DNA of 64,000 nt from Hyphomicrobiales bacterium (lineage in GTDB: Bacteria; Pseudomonadota; Alphaproteobacteria; Rhizobiales; JANPGK01): NCBI GenBank assembly GCA_031423895.1, contig JANPGK010000035.1, forward strand, positions 6,720 to 70,719, in the 5' to 3' direction. Each line of letters opens with the position of its first letter. Position 1 is the first letter of the stretch. The position numbers and the translations under genes were made by a program. Positions 1 through 10,265 of the stretch are shown here, piece after piece. A model generated the notes under the pieces. That model was given only the letters and a program-made list of their open reading frames with translations, searched no databases and was not told where the DNA came from.

Positions 1-5
1 ATGTT

Positions 6-36
6 ACCGTATACACAGGAACGATGTGTATACGGT
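6..36. terminator. Perfect 12-bp inverted repeat downstream of cheY, possible terminator hairpin
   Basis: ACCGTATACACA-N7-TGTGTATACGGT, about 35 nt past the cheY stop; no clear U-tract. Confidence 0.4.
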
Positions 37-70
37 GCCGTAATGTTAATATATAAACACGTTTGCGTGC

Positions 71-439
71 TTATATGAGTCCAGCTTCTTGAAACTTCGA
101 TTCCACAATATCGCGGTCGAATGGCTTCATGATATATTCGTCGGCACCCGCTTGCATAGCTTTTGCAATATGCGCTACGTCATTTTCAGTTGTGCAGAAA
201 ATTACGCGAGGGTTTTTGCCTTTTGGGCTGCCACGTAAATTGATCAAAAATTCCATACCATCCATCACGGGCATGTTCCAATCGAGCAAAATCACATCTG
301 GCATAGCATCTTTACAAGAATCCAGTGCAACTTGACCATTTTCAGCTTCGCTGATTTCAAAGGATAAACCTTCGAGAATTCGGCGGGCAACTTTGCGAAT
401 AACCGCAGAATCATCAACTACAAGGCATTTCTTTTTCAT
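71..439 (-). CDS. cheY: Chemotaxis response regulator CheY
   Basis: Single REC domain (VVDDS, LLDWNMP, KPF) downstream of cheA-cheW. Confidence 0.9.
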   Translation of the reverse strand: MKKKCLVVDDSAVIRKVARRILEGLSFEISEAENGQVALDSCKDAMPDVILLDWNMPVMDGMEFLINLRGSPKGKNPRVIFCTTENDVAHIAKAMQAGADEYIMKPFDRDIVESKFQEAGLI

Positions 440-470
440 TTTCGTTCCCTTTTATATTCAATCATCAGCA

Positions 471-965
471 CTAGGCTGCTTTTAACTCAAGTTGATGTGA
501 CAAAAGTCTGTCGACATCGAGTACCACCATTAGCTGGCCATTTAGTTTATACACACCAGATGAGTATGAAGCCCAACGCGCATCAAGGTTTATGGGGTTT
601 TGTTCCATATCATCGGCGCTCAGCTGGAGTACTTCACCTACACTGTCGATAATTAAACCATAAGATTCGTTACGAAATTCTACACCAACCGCCATACAAA
701 TGCGTTTTTCTGCGTTTTGCGTGTTAATTCCTAAGCAACATTGCATATTTATAGCGGTGACAATGCGCCCGCGCAGGTTTAAAACGCCTGCAATTGTACC
801 GTGTGAAAGCGGCACTGGGGTCACCCGCTCTGGCATAAACACATCTTGAACGCGCAAAATTGGCAAACCAAACAGCTGGTCTGCAATATACACACTCACA
901 TATTCAACTGTTCGTGCTGAATTTAAATGATCTTGATCGGTATCTGAAAGTAGATGCTCGCTCAT
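471..965 (-). CDS. cheW: Chemotaxis adaptor CheW
   Basis: GVLNLRGRIV and GLIIDSVGEV motifs. Confidence 0.93.
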   Translation of the reverse strand: MSEHLLSDTDQDHLNSARTVEYVSVYIADQLFGLPILRVQDVFMPERVTPVPLSHGTIAGVLNLRGRIVTAINMQCCLGINTQNAEKRICMAVGVEFRNESYGLIIDSVGEVLQLSADDMEQNPINLDARWASYSSGVYKLNGQLMVVLDVDRLLSHQLELKAA

Positions 966-3652
966 GCAGCAATCTCCATAGAGTTTGAGGCTTCTTTTAA
1001 TGAGGCCAATAGCCCCTGACGGTCGAATTTTGCAACATAATCATAGAAACCAACATCACGCCCTTTAGAGATACTGTCGGGTGTCATCAACGATGACAGC
1101 GCTATAATGGGAATATTGCTGATTTTACTATCGGCATGCACAGCTTGGGCAAATTCAAAGCCGCTCATTTCTGGCATTTCAATATCTGACACAATAATAT
1201 CGGCCTTATACCCCTTGCGAAGCACTTCAAGCGCGTGTATCGCGGAATCGCATACCTTCACATTATACCCAGCTGATTTAAGAATGGGTGGGAACATGTT
1301 GCGGAAAAACGCGCTGTCATCAACAAATAGCAAATTGCGGGAACGATGATTGATCGAATCTTCTTTACGTGAAAGCCAATCTTCAAACGCTTCTTGCATA
1401 AAGTGTGTCACATCAATCACTTCTGTGGCTTTGCCTTTGATCACAGCCGTGCCTAAATAGCCGGGTTTATCTGAGGGCACTTCGATATGCAGATTGTCTT
1501 CCACAATATCAACAATCGAATCCACCGCCAGCCCCATAGAGCGGCCAGTATCAGAGAATACCAGCAATGCTTGCGTGCCTTCAGTTTTATGCTTCACTTG
1601 GTCGTTTACATAAATGAGTGGCATTAATGAGCCGCGATATTGCACCAACTCACGATCATTGCCCTTTTCAATACGCGCCACATCCACCTCTTCAAGGCGG
1701 GTAATGAGCGACAATGGCACAGCTTTAGGGTCATCCGAGCCAGCTTGGAACACAAGGAACGATATTTTCTCGCCTTGCATATTGCCATGGTCGTCGTCTT
1801 TTTCTTGATCAGTTGCGGCCCCTGCTACACCCGACACATTTTGTGACAGGTTGTTCGGGTCGATAATCAGAATGACTGACCCATCACCCAAAATGGTATT
1901 GCCCGAGAACATGTTAATGCTGCGCAATGCGCTCGACATTGGTTTCACCACAATTTCTTCAGTGTGGAACACATTATCCACCACAATGCCGAACACTTGT
2001 TGGCCAACTTTTGTCACCACAATGAAGTCGGCTCGTGTGGTATCTGCATCTTTAGTGCCGCAATCGCAATTGAGCATTTCACGTAAATTGAGCAATGGCA
2101 GCAGTTTATTGCGCAGGCGCAACACAGGCGTGTTTTTCAACATTTCAATGCGGTGTTCGCTATTGGCATTGCCGCGTGCGCGCACTAGCTCCACCACAGC
2201 CAATTGCGGAATGGCATAACGCTGGCCCGCACTTTCCACAATCAAGGCCGAAACAATGGCCAATGTCAGCGGAATTTTAATGGTGAAGGTTGAGCCCTGC
2301 CCAGGAACCGAGCGTAGATCAACTGTGCCGCCAATAGCATCAATGTTGGTTTTCACCACATCCATACCCACGCCGCGCCCCGAAACAGAGGTGACAGCTG
2401 CCGCTGTTGAGAAGCCCGGCGCAAAAATGAATTTATTAATTTGCGCTTCGGTGAGTTTTTCCAGTTCAGCCTCGGTTGCCAAACCATTTTCAACGATTTT
2501 TTGTTTGATCCGGTCTGTGTTTAATCCACGGCCATCATCCGCAATTTCAATAATAATGTGGCCACCTTCATGGAAGGCCGACAGGCGAATGGTACCGGTT
2601 TCTTTTTTACCCGCTTTCACGCGGTCGGCAGGCAATTCAAGGCCATGGTCAGCCGAATTGCGCACCATATGGGTGAGTGGATCTTTAATCAGCTCAAGCA
2701 CTTGGCGGTCAAGCTCGGTTTCCGCACCGCGCATATCCAGCTCGATGGTTTTTTTCAATTCCTGCCCCAGATCGCGCACGATGCGCGGTAATTTTTGCCA
2801 CGCATTGCCAATCGGCTGCATACGGGTTTTCATCACGCCTTCTTGCAGTTCGGCGGTGACATTCGAAAGCCGTTGTAGTGGGACTTTGAAGTCGTTTTCT
2901 TCATTTTTGCGGGCAATTTCAAGCAATTGATTGCGGGTGAGCACAAGCTCACTCACCATTGTCATTAAATTTTCTAGCGTCTCCACATTCACGCGGATCG
3001 ACTGATTTTTCATGCCACCTTCGCCCTCTTCTGTGGCTACGGTTACGGCATTCACATCAGGTTTTTTTGCTTTAGGGGTAGGTGCTGGCGCTTTAGCGGG
3101 TTCAGCTATTGGCTGCGCATTGATGGTTTGCAAAATGCTGTCATCCACTGCAGTTTCGCGGAAGGCACGTTCTAAATCATCGAGTGACACTTCACCAGGG
3201 CGCAATTCACGAGCAAGTTCTTGTACCACAAGCACTTTATCGTCTTTCTCGGGTTCAGCGGCAGTAGGCGCGCCAAATGCGGCATCAGAAAATGCATTGA
3301 GTTGGTCGATCAAATCACTGTCATCGCCTTCAGATTCTCCACCCGTATTGCCAAGCGATACCAAAATAGTTTTGATACGGTCGATCGAGTTCAGAATTGT
3401 GGTCACTGCGCCATCTTGCACAGGGGCACCATCACGAAATTTACCCATCAAAGTTTCGGCCGCGTGGGCAATGCCTTCCAATCGGGGCAAGCCTAAAAAG
3501 CCACAGGTGCCTTTTATGGTGTGCACAAGGCGGAAAATATTACCTAGAATTTGCGCATTGTTGGGGTCTTGCTCAAAGCGTACAAGTTCAACATCAACAA
3601 CTTCAATGCTTTCATTGGTTTCGGTCAGAAACTCTTGTAATAGATCGTCCAT
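962..3652 (-). CDS. cheA: Hybrid chemotaxis histidine kinase CheA-CheY (HPt, HATPase, two CheW domains, C-terminal REC)
   Basis: FRLVHTIKG HPt motif, HMVRNSADHG, GRGVGMDVV, C-terminal FVDDS receiver; start set at MDDLLQEF. Confidence 0.95.
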   Translation of the reverse strand: MDDLLQEFLTETNESIEVVDVELVRFEQDPNNAQILGNIFRLVHTIKGTCGFLGLPRLEGIAHAAETLMGKFRDGAPVQDGAVTTILNSIDRIKTILVSLGNTGGESEGDDSDLIDQLNAFSDAAFGAPTAAEPEKDDKVLVVQELARELRPGEVSLDDLERAFRETAVDDSILQTINAQPIAEPAKAPAPTPKAKKPDVNAVTVATEEGEGGMKNQSIRVNVETLENLMTMVSELVLTRNQLLEIARKNEENDFKVPLQRLSNVTAELQEGVMKTRMQPIGNAWQKLPRIVRDLGQELKKTIELDMRGAETELDRQVLELIKDPLTHMVRNSADHGLELPADRVKAGKKETGTIRLSAFHEGGHIIIEIADDGRGLNTDRIKQKIVENGLATEAELEKLTEAQINKFIFAPGFSTAAAVTSVSGRGVGMDVVKTNIDAIGGTVDLRSVPGQGSTFTIKIPLTLAIVSALIVESAGQRYAIPQLAVVELVRARGNANSEHRIEMLKNTPVLRLRNKLLPLLNLREMLNCDCGTKDADTTRADFIVVTKVGQQVFGIVVDNVFHTEEIVVKPMSSALRSINMFSGNTILGDGSVILIIDPNNLSQNVSGVAGAATDQEKDDDHGNMQGEKISFLVFQAGSDDPKAVPLSLITRLEEVDVARIEKGNDRELVQYRGSLMPLIYVNDQVKHKTEGTQALLVFSDTGRSMGLAVDSIVDIVEDNLHIEVPSDKPGYLGTAVIKGKATEVIDVTHFMQEAFEDWLSRKEDSINHRSRNLLFVDDSAFFRNMFPPILKSAGYNVKVCDSAIHALEVLRKGYKADIIVSDIEMPEMSGFEFAQAVHADSKISNIPIIALSSLMTPDSISKGRDVGFYDYVAKFDRQGLLASLKEASNSMEIAA

Positions 3653-3933
3653 ACGCAACTCCTACGCAACTCATTACTGACCAACCAAAGGCACATGCCT
3701 ATGCTGGCTTACACTTAATGACGAGTTTCGCTTTGAAGGGTTAATAAATGACAAATAAAAATCGTTAAATGCAATTATCACGGGTAGTATTTACCATAAA
3801 TCAAATTCATGTTTTATTATGGTTAATGTTTAGTATATTGCCTATTTACATATGATTGTACTTAAACGCAAAAAAGACGCATGTTTATGCGCCTTTTAAA
3901 TTTGCTAATACTCAGAATATAACAACCTTGAGT

Positions 3934-4206
3934 TTAGTCCCTATATTGCTGAATGCGTGTGGTGCGCAAACCAGCAAGACCGTGGGAATCGATGGAATGT
4001 TGCCACGCCAAATATTCCTCAACAGTGAGGGAATAGCGGTTGCAGGCATCCTCTAGGCTGAGCAAGCCGCCGCGCACAGCCGCAACCACTTCAGCCTTGC
4101 GGCGGATCACCCAACGGCGGGTACCTGGGGGGGGAAGATCGGCTAATGTAAGTGGGCTCCCATCGGGGCCAATGACATAGCGGGCTCGTTGACGCAAATT
4201 ACTCAT
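3934..4206 (-). CDS. sciP: CtrA inhibitor SciP (DUF1153)
   Basis: YVIGPDGSPLTLADLPP..RRWVIRRKAEVVAAVRGGLLS; position next to flgD-fliK. Confidence 0.93.
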   Translation of the reverse strand: MSNLRQRARYVIGPDGSPLTLADLPPPGTRRWVIRRKAEVVAAVRGGLLSLEDACNRYSLTVEEYLAWQHSIDSHGLAGLRTTRIQQYRD

Positions 4207-4274
4207 ACTGTACACTCTACTTTACGCGGGACGCAACTCACAAAGAAACTACACACCACTGTAATCATCCTCAC

Positions 4275-4289
4275 TTAACATACACCTAA
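4275..4289. promoter_or_regulatory. Candidate CtrA binding site upstream of sciP
   Basis: TTAA-CATACAC-CTAA, one mismatch to TTAA-N7-TTAA; sciP is a known CtrA target. Confidence 0.45.
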
Positions 4290-4364
4290 AAATTACGGTT
4301 TCTGAACCGTTAATTTGTACAATTGTTATGATTGCGCTGAAACGCCTCTTTTATGGCTGCAATT

Positions 4365-5066
4365 TTAACCTGCCAATCGAATTTCTGTTACGCCTGAAGC
4401 TTTTACTTTCAAGCCGTTGACAGTCAGCATGGGCTCGGCACCTGACAAATCAACCTCCGTGACAATTCCAGACACATTTGTATCAACGTTTACTGCTGAA
4501 TTATATGTATCTTTTGCATCAATGCTGATGCTGTAACTGCCTGCAGGCGCCTGCCCGCCTGTGGTTGTGCGGCCATTCCATACATAATCTGTTTTACCTT
4601 GGGCAATGTCGCGGGTTTCGGTGGCAACAATCGCGCCTTTTGAATCTCGAATGGTAATTTTTGCACCTGCAGCAGTGCTGGGGGAATTGAGCTGCCACGC
4701 CACTGTGCCATCCGCTTCGGTGGTGCTTTGCGTGCCTTTTGCGGTGACATATTTTTGCAAATAGCCAACAATACCCGATGTCACCGAGCTATTTTGCCCA
4801 GATTTAATCGAGCCCAGCAAGTCGTTGCTTTTCAATTGTTGCTCTACACTCGAGAATTGCGTGAGCTGTTGCATAAATTGGTTGGTATCGAGCGGTGCTG
4901 TAGGGTCTTGGTGTTTCAATTGTGTTGTCAGCAGGGTGAGGAAGGTTTGGTAGTTTTCTGCCAATGTTTTGCCACTATTCGACAACCCCCCCGCATTGCC
5001 AGTGTTTTTCTTGGCATTGGTCACTTGTAGCGCCATTTGGTCGGCGAGGTCTGAAACAAGGGTCAT
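4365..5066 (-). CDS. flgD: Flagellar hook capping protein FlgD
   Basis: FLTLLTTQLKHQDPTAPLD motif. Confidence 0.93.
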   Translation of the reverse strand: MTLVSDLADQMALQVTNAKKNTGNAGGLSNSGKTLAENYQTFLTLLTTQLKHQDPTAPLDTNQFMQQLTQFSSVEQQLKSNDLLGSIKSGQNSSVTSGIVGYLQKYVTAKGTQSTTEADGTVAWQLNSPSTAAGAKITIRDSKGAIVATETRDIAQGKTDYVWNGRTTTGGQAPAGSYSISIDAKDTYNSAVNVDTNVSGIVTEVDLSGAEPMLTVNGLKVKASGVTEIRLAG

Positions 5067-5084
5067 GATGGTGGGTCCTATTGG

Positions 5085-6671
5085 TTAAAGCCGAAGGTCA
5101 ACCCGGTTGGGGTTATAAATTTTATTGTAAGCGGTGGCGGTGTTCAGGCTCAATTGCATGGCGGCGTCATCATCCAATGCGCTACCCGAGTTGAGGTGTG
5201 AGAATGGAATATGTGGTAAGCCTTGCTTTTGGCCATTCTGGCCATCTTGGCGCAGCGAGAATTGCAAATTGCTGCTGTCCATTTGCATGCCAAGGCTGCG
5301 GAGCGATTTTTCAAGTGCGGCGGAATCGTCTTTCAAAAGCGCATAGGTCGAGGCTTGGTCGGCAATAATATGCGCGGTCATGCTATTATCGTCGCCGCGC
5401 TGCAGACGCACTTCAATTTTGCCCAGCTCGAGCGGGTCCAACCGAATTTCCATAATATCAGTGCCGTGCTCATCAGCGCGCTTCATGTGGAATGGCAGTG
5501 CATCAATCGCCACATTATGCGCGGTATAGGCGGCGCGGTTTTGTGTGTCGGCATTGAATGTGGCCTGTTGTGCCAAAGTGCCATTGTGCCCAAAGTTTGA
5601 AATGCTGCGGGGCATTTCATTTACATTCAATGTGGGGGACATGCCTGTCATCCCCGCAACATCAATTTTAGCGCTCGCATCTGTAACGGCAGGTGTATTG
5701 GTTTTTTCAAACCCCTGCAAATGCTGCAAAAATTGTGCTGCGGCTTGTTTTTGAACGGCATTTTGTGCAATATTTTGCTCTAAATTGCTTTTGGTTTCAG
5801 CCTGTTCATTGCCGTGTTGGCTTTTGCCATCTTTTTCACCATGGTACTGCTCGTTTTCAATCAATTGATGCATAGGCGTGTGCTCACCCGCCTCAAATGA
5901 GGCATGTTCCGGTGCAATTTCTGCTGTATTGGCGTCATCTTGCTGTGCTGTGCCCGTGGTGCTGTGTTGTGGAGCGCTCATTTGAATGGCAATTTGAGCC
6001 GCAGGAGTTGGCTGTGCCTGTTGCGCAATCAGTGCAGCGGCAGCGGCTTCAACAGCATTTTGCGCCACCATTTGCTCGGCTGTTGGTGTGGAGGCTTGGC
6101 GAGCTGTTTGCGAGTCTTGGTTGGGAGCCTCACTGAGCTCTTGCGGTGTAGCCGCATTTGCCAACGCATTTAAAGTGTCGGCAATAGGTGTTTGAATATT
6201 GGCTTCAACCGTTGTTTCAAGCTGCGGTGTGGTGTCGTATGTGGCCTTTTGTGTGTCAACATCCATCTGCTCAGCTGTTGGGCGATCAGATGCCTTTTCG
6301 GCGGAGGATTGCCGATTCTGCGCTGCAGCCTGCACCGATTGGCGGCCTATGCCATCTTGAGTATCGTTTTTTTGAGTATTTTTGTGCGTTGGTGATTTTG
6401 CATCCACACGTTTTGGCTCGCGGGTGAGCTGGGGCGTATCATCCCTGCGTGAATTTTGTGGCACATCTGTGCGCGCACGCTCTGGCGAGCGGTCGTTTTG
6501 GTCGAGCCCGTTTTTGGGTGTGCGGTTCGATGTTGGCATGGCGTTATGCACCATATTGGCAAAGGACATGTCGGCCCCTTGCGTGTTCATTTGTTTTTTG
6601 GTTTTGCTGGTGGCAGTGGCCGTAGCCTCTAATCCATCTGCTAAACGCATGGTCTGTGTGTCTGAACGCAT
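5085..6671 (-). CDS. fliK: Flagellar hook-length control protein FliK
   Basis: Low-complexity body with C-terminal IRLDPLELGKIEVRL domain; start moved downstream of the sigma54 promoter (6671 or 6650). Confidence 0.85.
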   Translation of the reverse strand: MRSDTQTMRLADGLEATATATSKTKKQMNTQGADMSFANMVHNAMPTSNRTPKNGLDQNDRSPERARTDVPQNSRRDDTPQLTREPKRVDAKSPTHKNTQKNDTQDGIGRQSVQAAAQNRQSSAEKASDRPTAEQMDVDTQKATYDTTPQLETTVEANIQTPIADTLNALANAATPQELSEAPNQDSQTARQASTPTAEQMVAQNAVEAAAAALIAQQAQPTPAAQIAIQMSAPQHSTTGTAQQDDANTAEIAPEHASFEAGEHTPMHQLIENEQYHGEKDGKSQHGNEQAETKSNLEQNIAQNAVQKQAAAQFLQHLQGFEKTNTPAVTDASAKIDVAGMTGMSPTLNVNEMPRSISNFGHNGTLAQQATFNADTQNRAAYTAHNVAIDALPFHMKRADEHGTDIMEIRLDPLELGKIEVRLQRGDDNSMTAHIIADQASTYALLKDDSAALEKSLRSLGMQMDSSNLQFSLRQDGQNGQKQGLPHIPFSHLNSGSALDDDAAMQLSLNTATAYNKIYNPNRVDLRL

Positions 6672-6710
6672 TACTGTACTCACTGAACGCAACTTTACTG
6701 GGGTTTTCTT

Positions 6711-6727
6711 TGCAAACAGCGTGCCAA
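6711..6727 (-). promoter_or_regulatory. Sigma54 (-24/-12) promoter of fliK-flgD
   Basis: Minus strand TTGGCACGCTGTTTGCA matches TGGCAC-N5-TTGCA. Confidence 0.8.
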
Positions 6728-6893
6728 ATAATAATATATTGAAATATATGAGTTTTATATCTGTAAGCTCCGCCTGAACCCTGCAAAAATGATGTGATTT
6801 TTGTCGCCATCGGCAAAAAATGCCGCCTTTGCAGGTGGAAATTGCGTGTGCCTCAATTATAGTGTATAACCAGCGCAGAATGGAATTTTGAAA

Positions 6894-8066
6894 ATGCCAA
6901 TATCGCACGAACCTCTTGTGGCGGGCAAAGCCCCGCATGAAACCCGCGTGGTGGTGGCCATGTCGGGCGGTGTGGATTCCTCCGTTGTGGCGGCCATGCT
7001 GCACGCGCAGGGCTATCAAGTGATTGGCATTACGCTGCAGCTGTATGATAATGCTGCCGCTACACATCGCAAGGGCGCGTGTTGCGCAGGGCAAGATATT
7101 CACGACGCACGCCGCGTGGCTGAAACGCTGGACATTCCGCATTATGTGCTGAATTATGAAGACCTCTTCAAACAGCAGGTGATTGATAGCTTTGTGGATA
7201 GCTATTTGCAGGGCGAAACGCCGATCCCCTGTGTGAGCTGCAACCAAACTGTGAAGTTTAAAGATTTGCTAGAAACCGCCCGCGATCTCGACGCCGATGT
7301 GATGGCAACGGGCCATTATGTGCGTTCGCAAGTGTTGCCCAATGGGCATTTTGGCCTGTTCCGCCCGGTCGATGAATCGCGCGACCAGAGCTATTTTTTA
7401 TTCGCCACCACCCAAGAGCAGATAGATTTTCTGCGCTTTCCACTCGGCGACCTCACCAAACCGGAAACGCGTGCGCTTGCGCATGAATATGGGCTGATAG
7501 TGGCCGATAAGCCTGATAGCCAAGACATTTGCTTTGTGCCCGATGGTAAATATGCGGATGTGATCCAAAAATTGCATCCTGCCGCCGCTGAAGTTGGTAA
7601 TATTGTTGATATGCACGGCAATGTGCTCGGCCAGCACGAGGGCATCATTCATTATACTGTTGGGCAACGCCGTGGCCTGAAAATCGCGGTGGGCGCGCCA
7701 TTATATGTGGTGAAACTCGACCCGATCAAAAAACACGTGATTGTAGGCCCGCGTGAAGCGCTGGCCACTGCCCGCATTGTGATCAAGCAGTTGAACTGGT
7801 TAGGCGACGTACCATTGGCACAATTGCCAGCCGATGGCGTGCCCGTATTTGCCAAAGTACGCTCCACCCGTGGGCCAAAAGCGGCCGTGTTGTTGTGGCA
7901 AGATGGCCAACCGATTGTGGAATTGCTCGAGCATGAAGATGGCGTCTCCCCTGGCCAAGCCTGCGTGCTGTATGAATCTGGCGAGGCCGATGCGCGCGTG
8001 CTCGGCGGCGGCTTCATCCACGCTACGCAAGCCCCTACCGTAAAGATGCACGCGGCATATGCGTGA
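6894..8066 (+). CDS. mnmA: tRNA 2-thiouridylase MnmA
   Basis: [33 protein letters not shown]. Confidence 0.97.
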   Translation: MPISHEPLVAGKAPHETRVVVAMSGGVDSSVVAAMLHAQGYQVIGITLQLYDNAAATHRKGACCAGQDIHDARRVAETLDIPHYVLNYEDLFKQQVIDSFVDSYLQGETPIPCVSCNQTVKFKDLLETARDLDADVMATGHYVRSQVLPNGHFGLFRPVDESRDQSYFLFATTQEQIDFLRFPLGDLTKPETRALAHEYGLIVADKPDSQDICFVPDGKYADVIQKLHPAAAEVGNIVDMHGNVLGQHEGIIHYTVGQRRGLKIAVGAPLYVVKLDPIKKHVIVGPREALATARIVIKQLNWLGDVPLAQLPADGVPVFAKVRSTRGPKAAVLLWQDGQPIVELLEHEDGVSPGQACVLYESGEADARVLGGGFIHATQAPTVKMHAAYA

Positions 8067-8080
8067 GGATTTCTCCGCGC

Positions 8081-8170
8081 CCTCATCCTCGGGCTTGACC
8101 CGAGGATCCATTTTTACATATGGCTGGATCCTAGTGTCTATTCCGCGCAAGCGCGGGCACGAGGATGAGG
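8081..8170. repeat. Palindromic REP-like element, family B
   Basis: CCTCATCCTCGGGCTTGACCCGAGGATCCA...TGGATCC...GAGGATGAGG; related copies at 36474, 37610, 54813, 56950. Confidence 0.9.
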
Positions 8171-8175
8171 CATAA

Positions 8176-8910
8176 ATGTCTACCCACACCACCTTCATTC
8201 TTGTGAACCCGCAAATGGGCGAAAATATAGGCTTTGTGGCGCGGGCCATGGGTAATTTTGCCTTGTGCGATCTGCGCCTTGTGGCCCCGCGCGATGGGTG
8301 GCCAAACCCAGCGGCGGATGCCGCTTCGTCGGACGCATTATCAAGTGGATTTGTAAACGTGCAGGTGTTCAATACCCTTGCTGAAGCGGTGGCTGATTGC
8401 CACATTGTGTTGGCCACCACAGCGCGGGAGCGGGCACAAGCCAAGCCTGTTTATGGCGCGGGGGAGGCGGCCACCATGTGCCGTGCGCACGCGCAATCGG
8501 GCCTGCGCACCGCAATTGTATTCGGGCCAGAGCGGGCAGGCCTGAGCAATGCCGATGTGTCGCACGCCCATGGCGTGATCACATTCCCCGTAAACCCCGA
8601 ATTTTCATCACTTAATTTGGGGCAGGCCGCGCTGCTCATGGGCTATAGCCTCTATACAGCAGGGCAGGATGAAGGCGCATTGCTGCCATTTGTTACCGAT
8701 TTGGGTGCACCACCGGCCAAGCATGAAAGCATTCATAGCTTTATCACTGCACTTACCGCCATGCTAGAGGCACGCAACCACTTCACCCCATCGCACCGCG
8801 CGCACATGATGCAACAAAATTTGCAAAACCTCATTTTGCGGATGGAGCTCACCGAAGCCGACGTGCAAACGCTGTTTAGCGTGGTGAAGTCGTTGGTAAA
8901 GCCGCTATAA
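8176..8910 (+). CDS. trmJ: TrmJ/LasT family SPOUT RNA methyltransferase
   Basis: PQMGENIGFVARAMGNF, FGPERAGLSN, SSLNLGQA. Confidence 0.88.
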   Translation: MSTHTTFILVNPQMGENIGFVARAMGNFALCDLRLVAPRDGWPNPAADAASSDALSSGFVNVQVFNTLAEAVADCHIVLATTARERAQAKPVYGAGEAATMCRAHAQSGLRTAIVFGPERAGLSNADVSHAHGVITFPVNPEFSSLNLGQAALLMGYSLYTAGQDEGALLPFVTDLGAPPAKHESIHSFITALTAMLEARNHFTPSHRAHMMQQNLQNLILRMELTEADVQTLFSVVKSLVKPL

Positions 8911-9493
8911 CCGCTTCAAACCGCGCACAAAACTGCTGTTTTGCCACATCGGTTGGCCATGGCGTTAAATAATGTGCGGCAATATGCTCGGGCACATCAT
9001 ATGGCTTTTTGAATAGCGCCTCGCATTCTTGCGGTGAAAATCCTGCTAGCGCGCCCGCTTCAATATAGGCAGCGGTTTGGTCGGCCATTTTGATGGCTTT
9101 TTTGAGTTTCACAGGCACTTCTGCCACCAGCCCAAACCGCGCGTGGATGGCGTGCAGCAGACGCGTTTCAATCACATGATAATCGCCCCCCATCGCGGCT
9201 TTAAATGGCGAGATCATGTCGCCAATCACATATTCGGGCGCATCATGCAGCAATGCTGCCGCCAATGTGTGCGGTGTATGAACGCCATTGGCCGCCAAAA
9301 TTGCTTCCACCAGCAAGGAATGCTGCGCCACAGAAAATGGATATTCACCAATGGTTTGGCCGTTCCAACGCGCCACTCGCGCCAGCCCATGGGCAATGTC
9401 GTCCAGCTCAATATCGAGCTGGGAGGGGTCGAGCAAATTGAGGCGACGGCCAGAGAGCATGCGCTGCCACGCGCGGGGGGATTTTGTGTGCAT
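8876..9493 (-). CDS. HD-family hydrolase (YfbR/YfdR-like 5'-deoxynucleotidase)
   Basis: RAWQRMLSGRRL, FSVAQHS, LLHDAPEYVIGD. Confidence 0.85.
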   Translation of the reverse strand: MHTKSPRAWQRMLSGRRLNLLDPSQLDIELDDIAHGLARVARWNGQTIGEYPFSVAQHSLLVEAILAANGVHTPHTLAAALLHDAPEYVIGDMISPFKAAMGGDYHVIETRLLHAIHARFGLVAEVPVKLKKAIKMADQTAAYIEAGALAGFSPQECEALFKKPYDVPEHIAAHYLTPWPTDVAKQQFCARFEAVIAALPTTSPR

Positions 9494-9525
9494 ACAATAA
9501 TTTTGTCGCAGAATTTTAGATTCGT

Positions 9526-10251
9526 CTAGCCCACCACAGGCGTAGACGGTTGCCATTGTGGGATGGGTGCAAATGCAGGGCGTTTCACTGCAATTGGTGC
9601 ATAAATTTGCTTCACAGCTTCAGCAATATACACCCCCGCAAAGGGAATGGGCACAAAACGGCCAATATTTTCAAGCGTATCCGCGCTGCGTAGCACCAAT
9701 TTGTGGCTATAAGCGGGGAAAAATAGGCTTTCACGCCATGTGTTGAGGCTGAACGAGGTTTCACGCAGAAGGTCGAGCATTTGCCGCTTGCTATAGGGGC
9801 GGCCTTGGCCAAATGGTGTGTTATCACGTGGCGCCCATGCGCCGCGCCGATTGGGCACCACAATGAGCACGCGGCCACCTGGCACCAGCACGCGCCACAC
9901 CTCGCGCATCACATCATGCGGGTTGGCCACATCCTCAAGCAGATGGATGAGCACTACACGGTGGACAGATTCTGAGAGCAATGGCAGTGCATATTCATCC
10001 ACCAGCGTGGCCATGTTGGGGCCATTGTCAGGCCAGCGTGTCACCCCCATGTGGGCGGGCATACAGGCAATTGTGCGCTGCGCCTGTGTGTGCATAGCCT
10101 GCAAATAGGGGATGGCATACCCCAAGCCGCACACGGTGTGCCCCGCAACCGATGGCCAAATCTCTTGCATCCGCGATTGCAATATTCGCCGCACGGTGAG
10201 CCCAAGGGCTTCGGTATAAAAATGCCGCAGGTTGACGATATCCAGTGCCAT
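9526..10251 (-). CDS. Class I SAM-dependent methyltransferase (YafS-like)
   Basis: GLGYAIPYL, EVWRVLVPGGR; divergent from gloB as is usual. Confidence 0.85.
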   Translation of the reverse strand: MALDIVNLRHFYTEALGLTVRRILQSRMQEIWPSVAGHTVCGLGYAIPYLQAMHTQAQRTIACMPAHMGVTRWPDNGPNMATLVDEYALPLLSESVHRVVLIHLLEDVANPHDVMREVWRVLVPGGRVLIVVPNRRGAWAPRDNTPFGQGRPYSKRQMLDLLRETSFSLNTWRESLFFPAYSHKLVLRSADTLENIGRFVPIPFAGVYIAEAVKQIYAPIAVKRPAFAPIPQWQPSTPVVG

Positions 10252-10265
10252 GGTATGAAGGATAT

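Noticed and set aside
6672-7247. Long N-terminal extension of the fliK ORF (720 aa)
   Set aside because: It is antisense to mnmA and lies upstream of the sigma54 promoter; an ORF-calling artefact.
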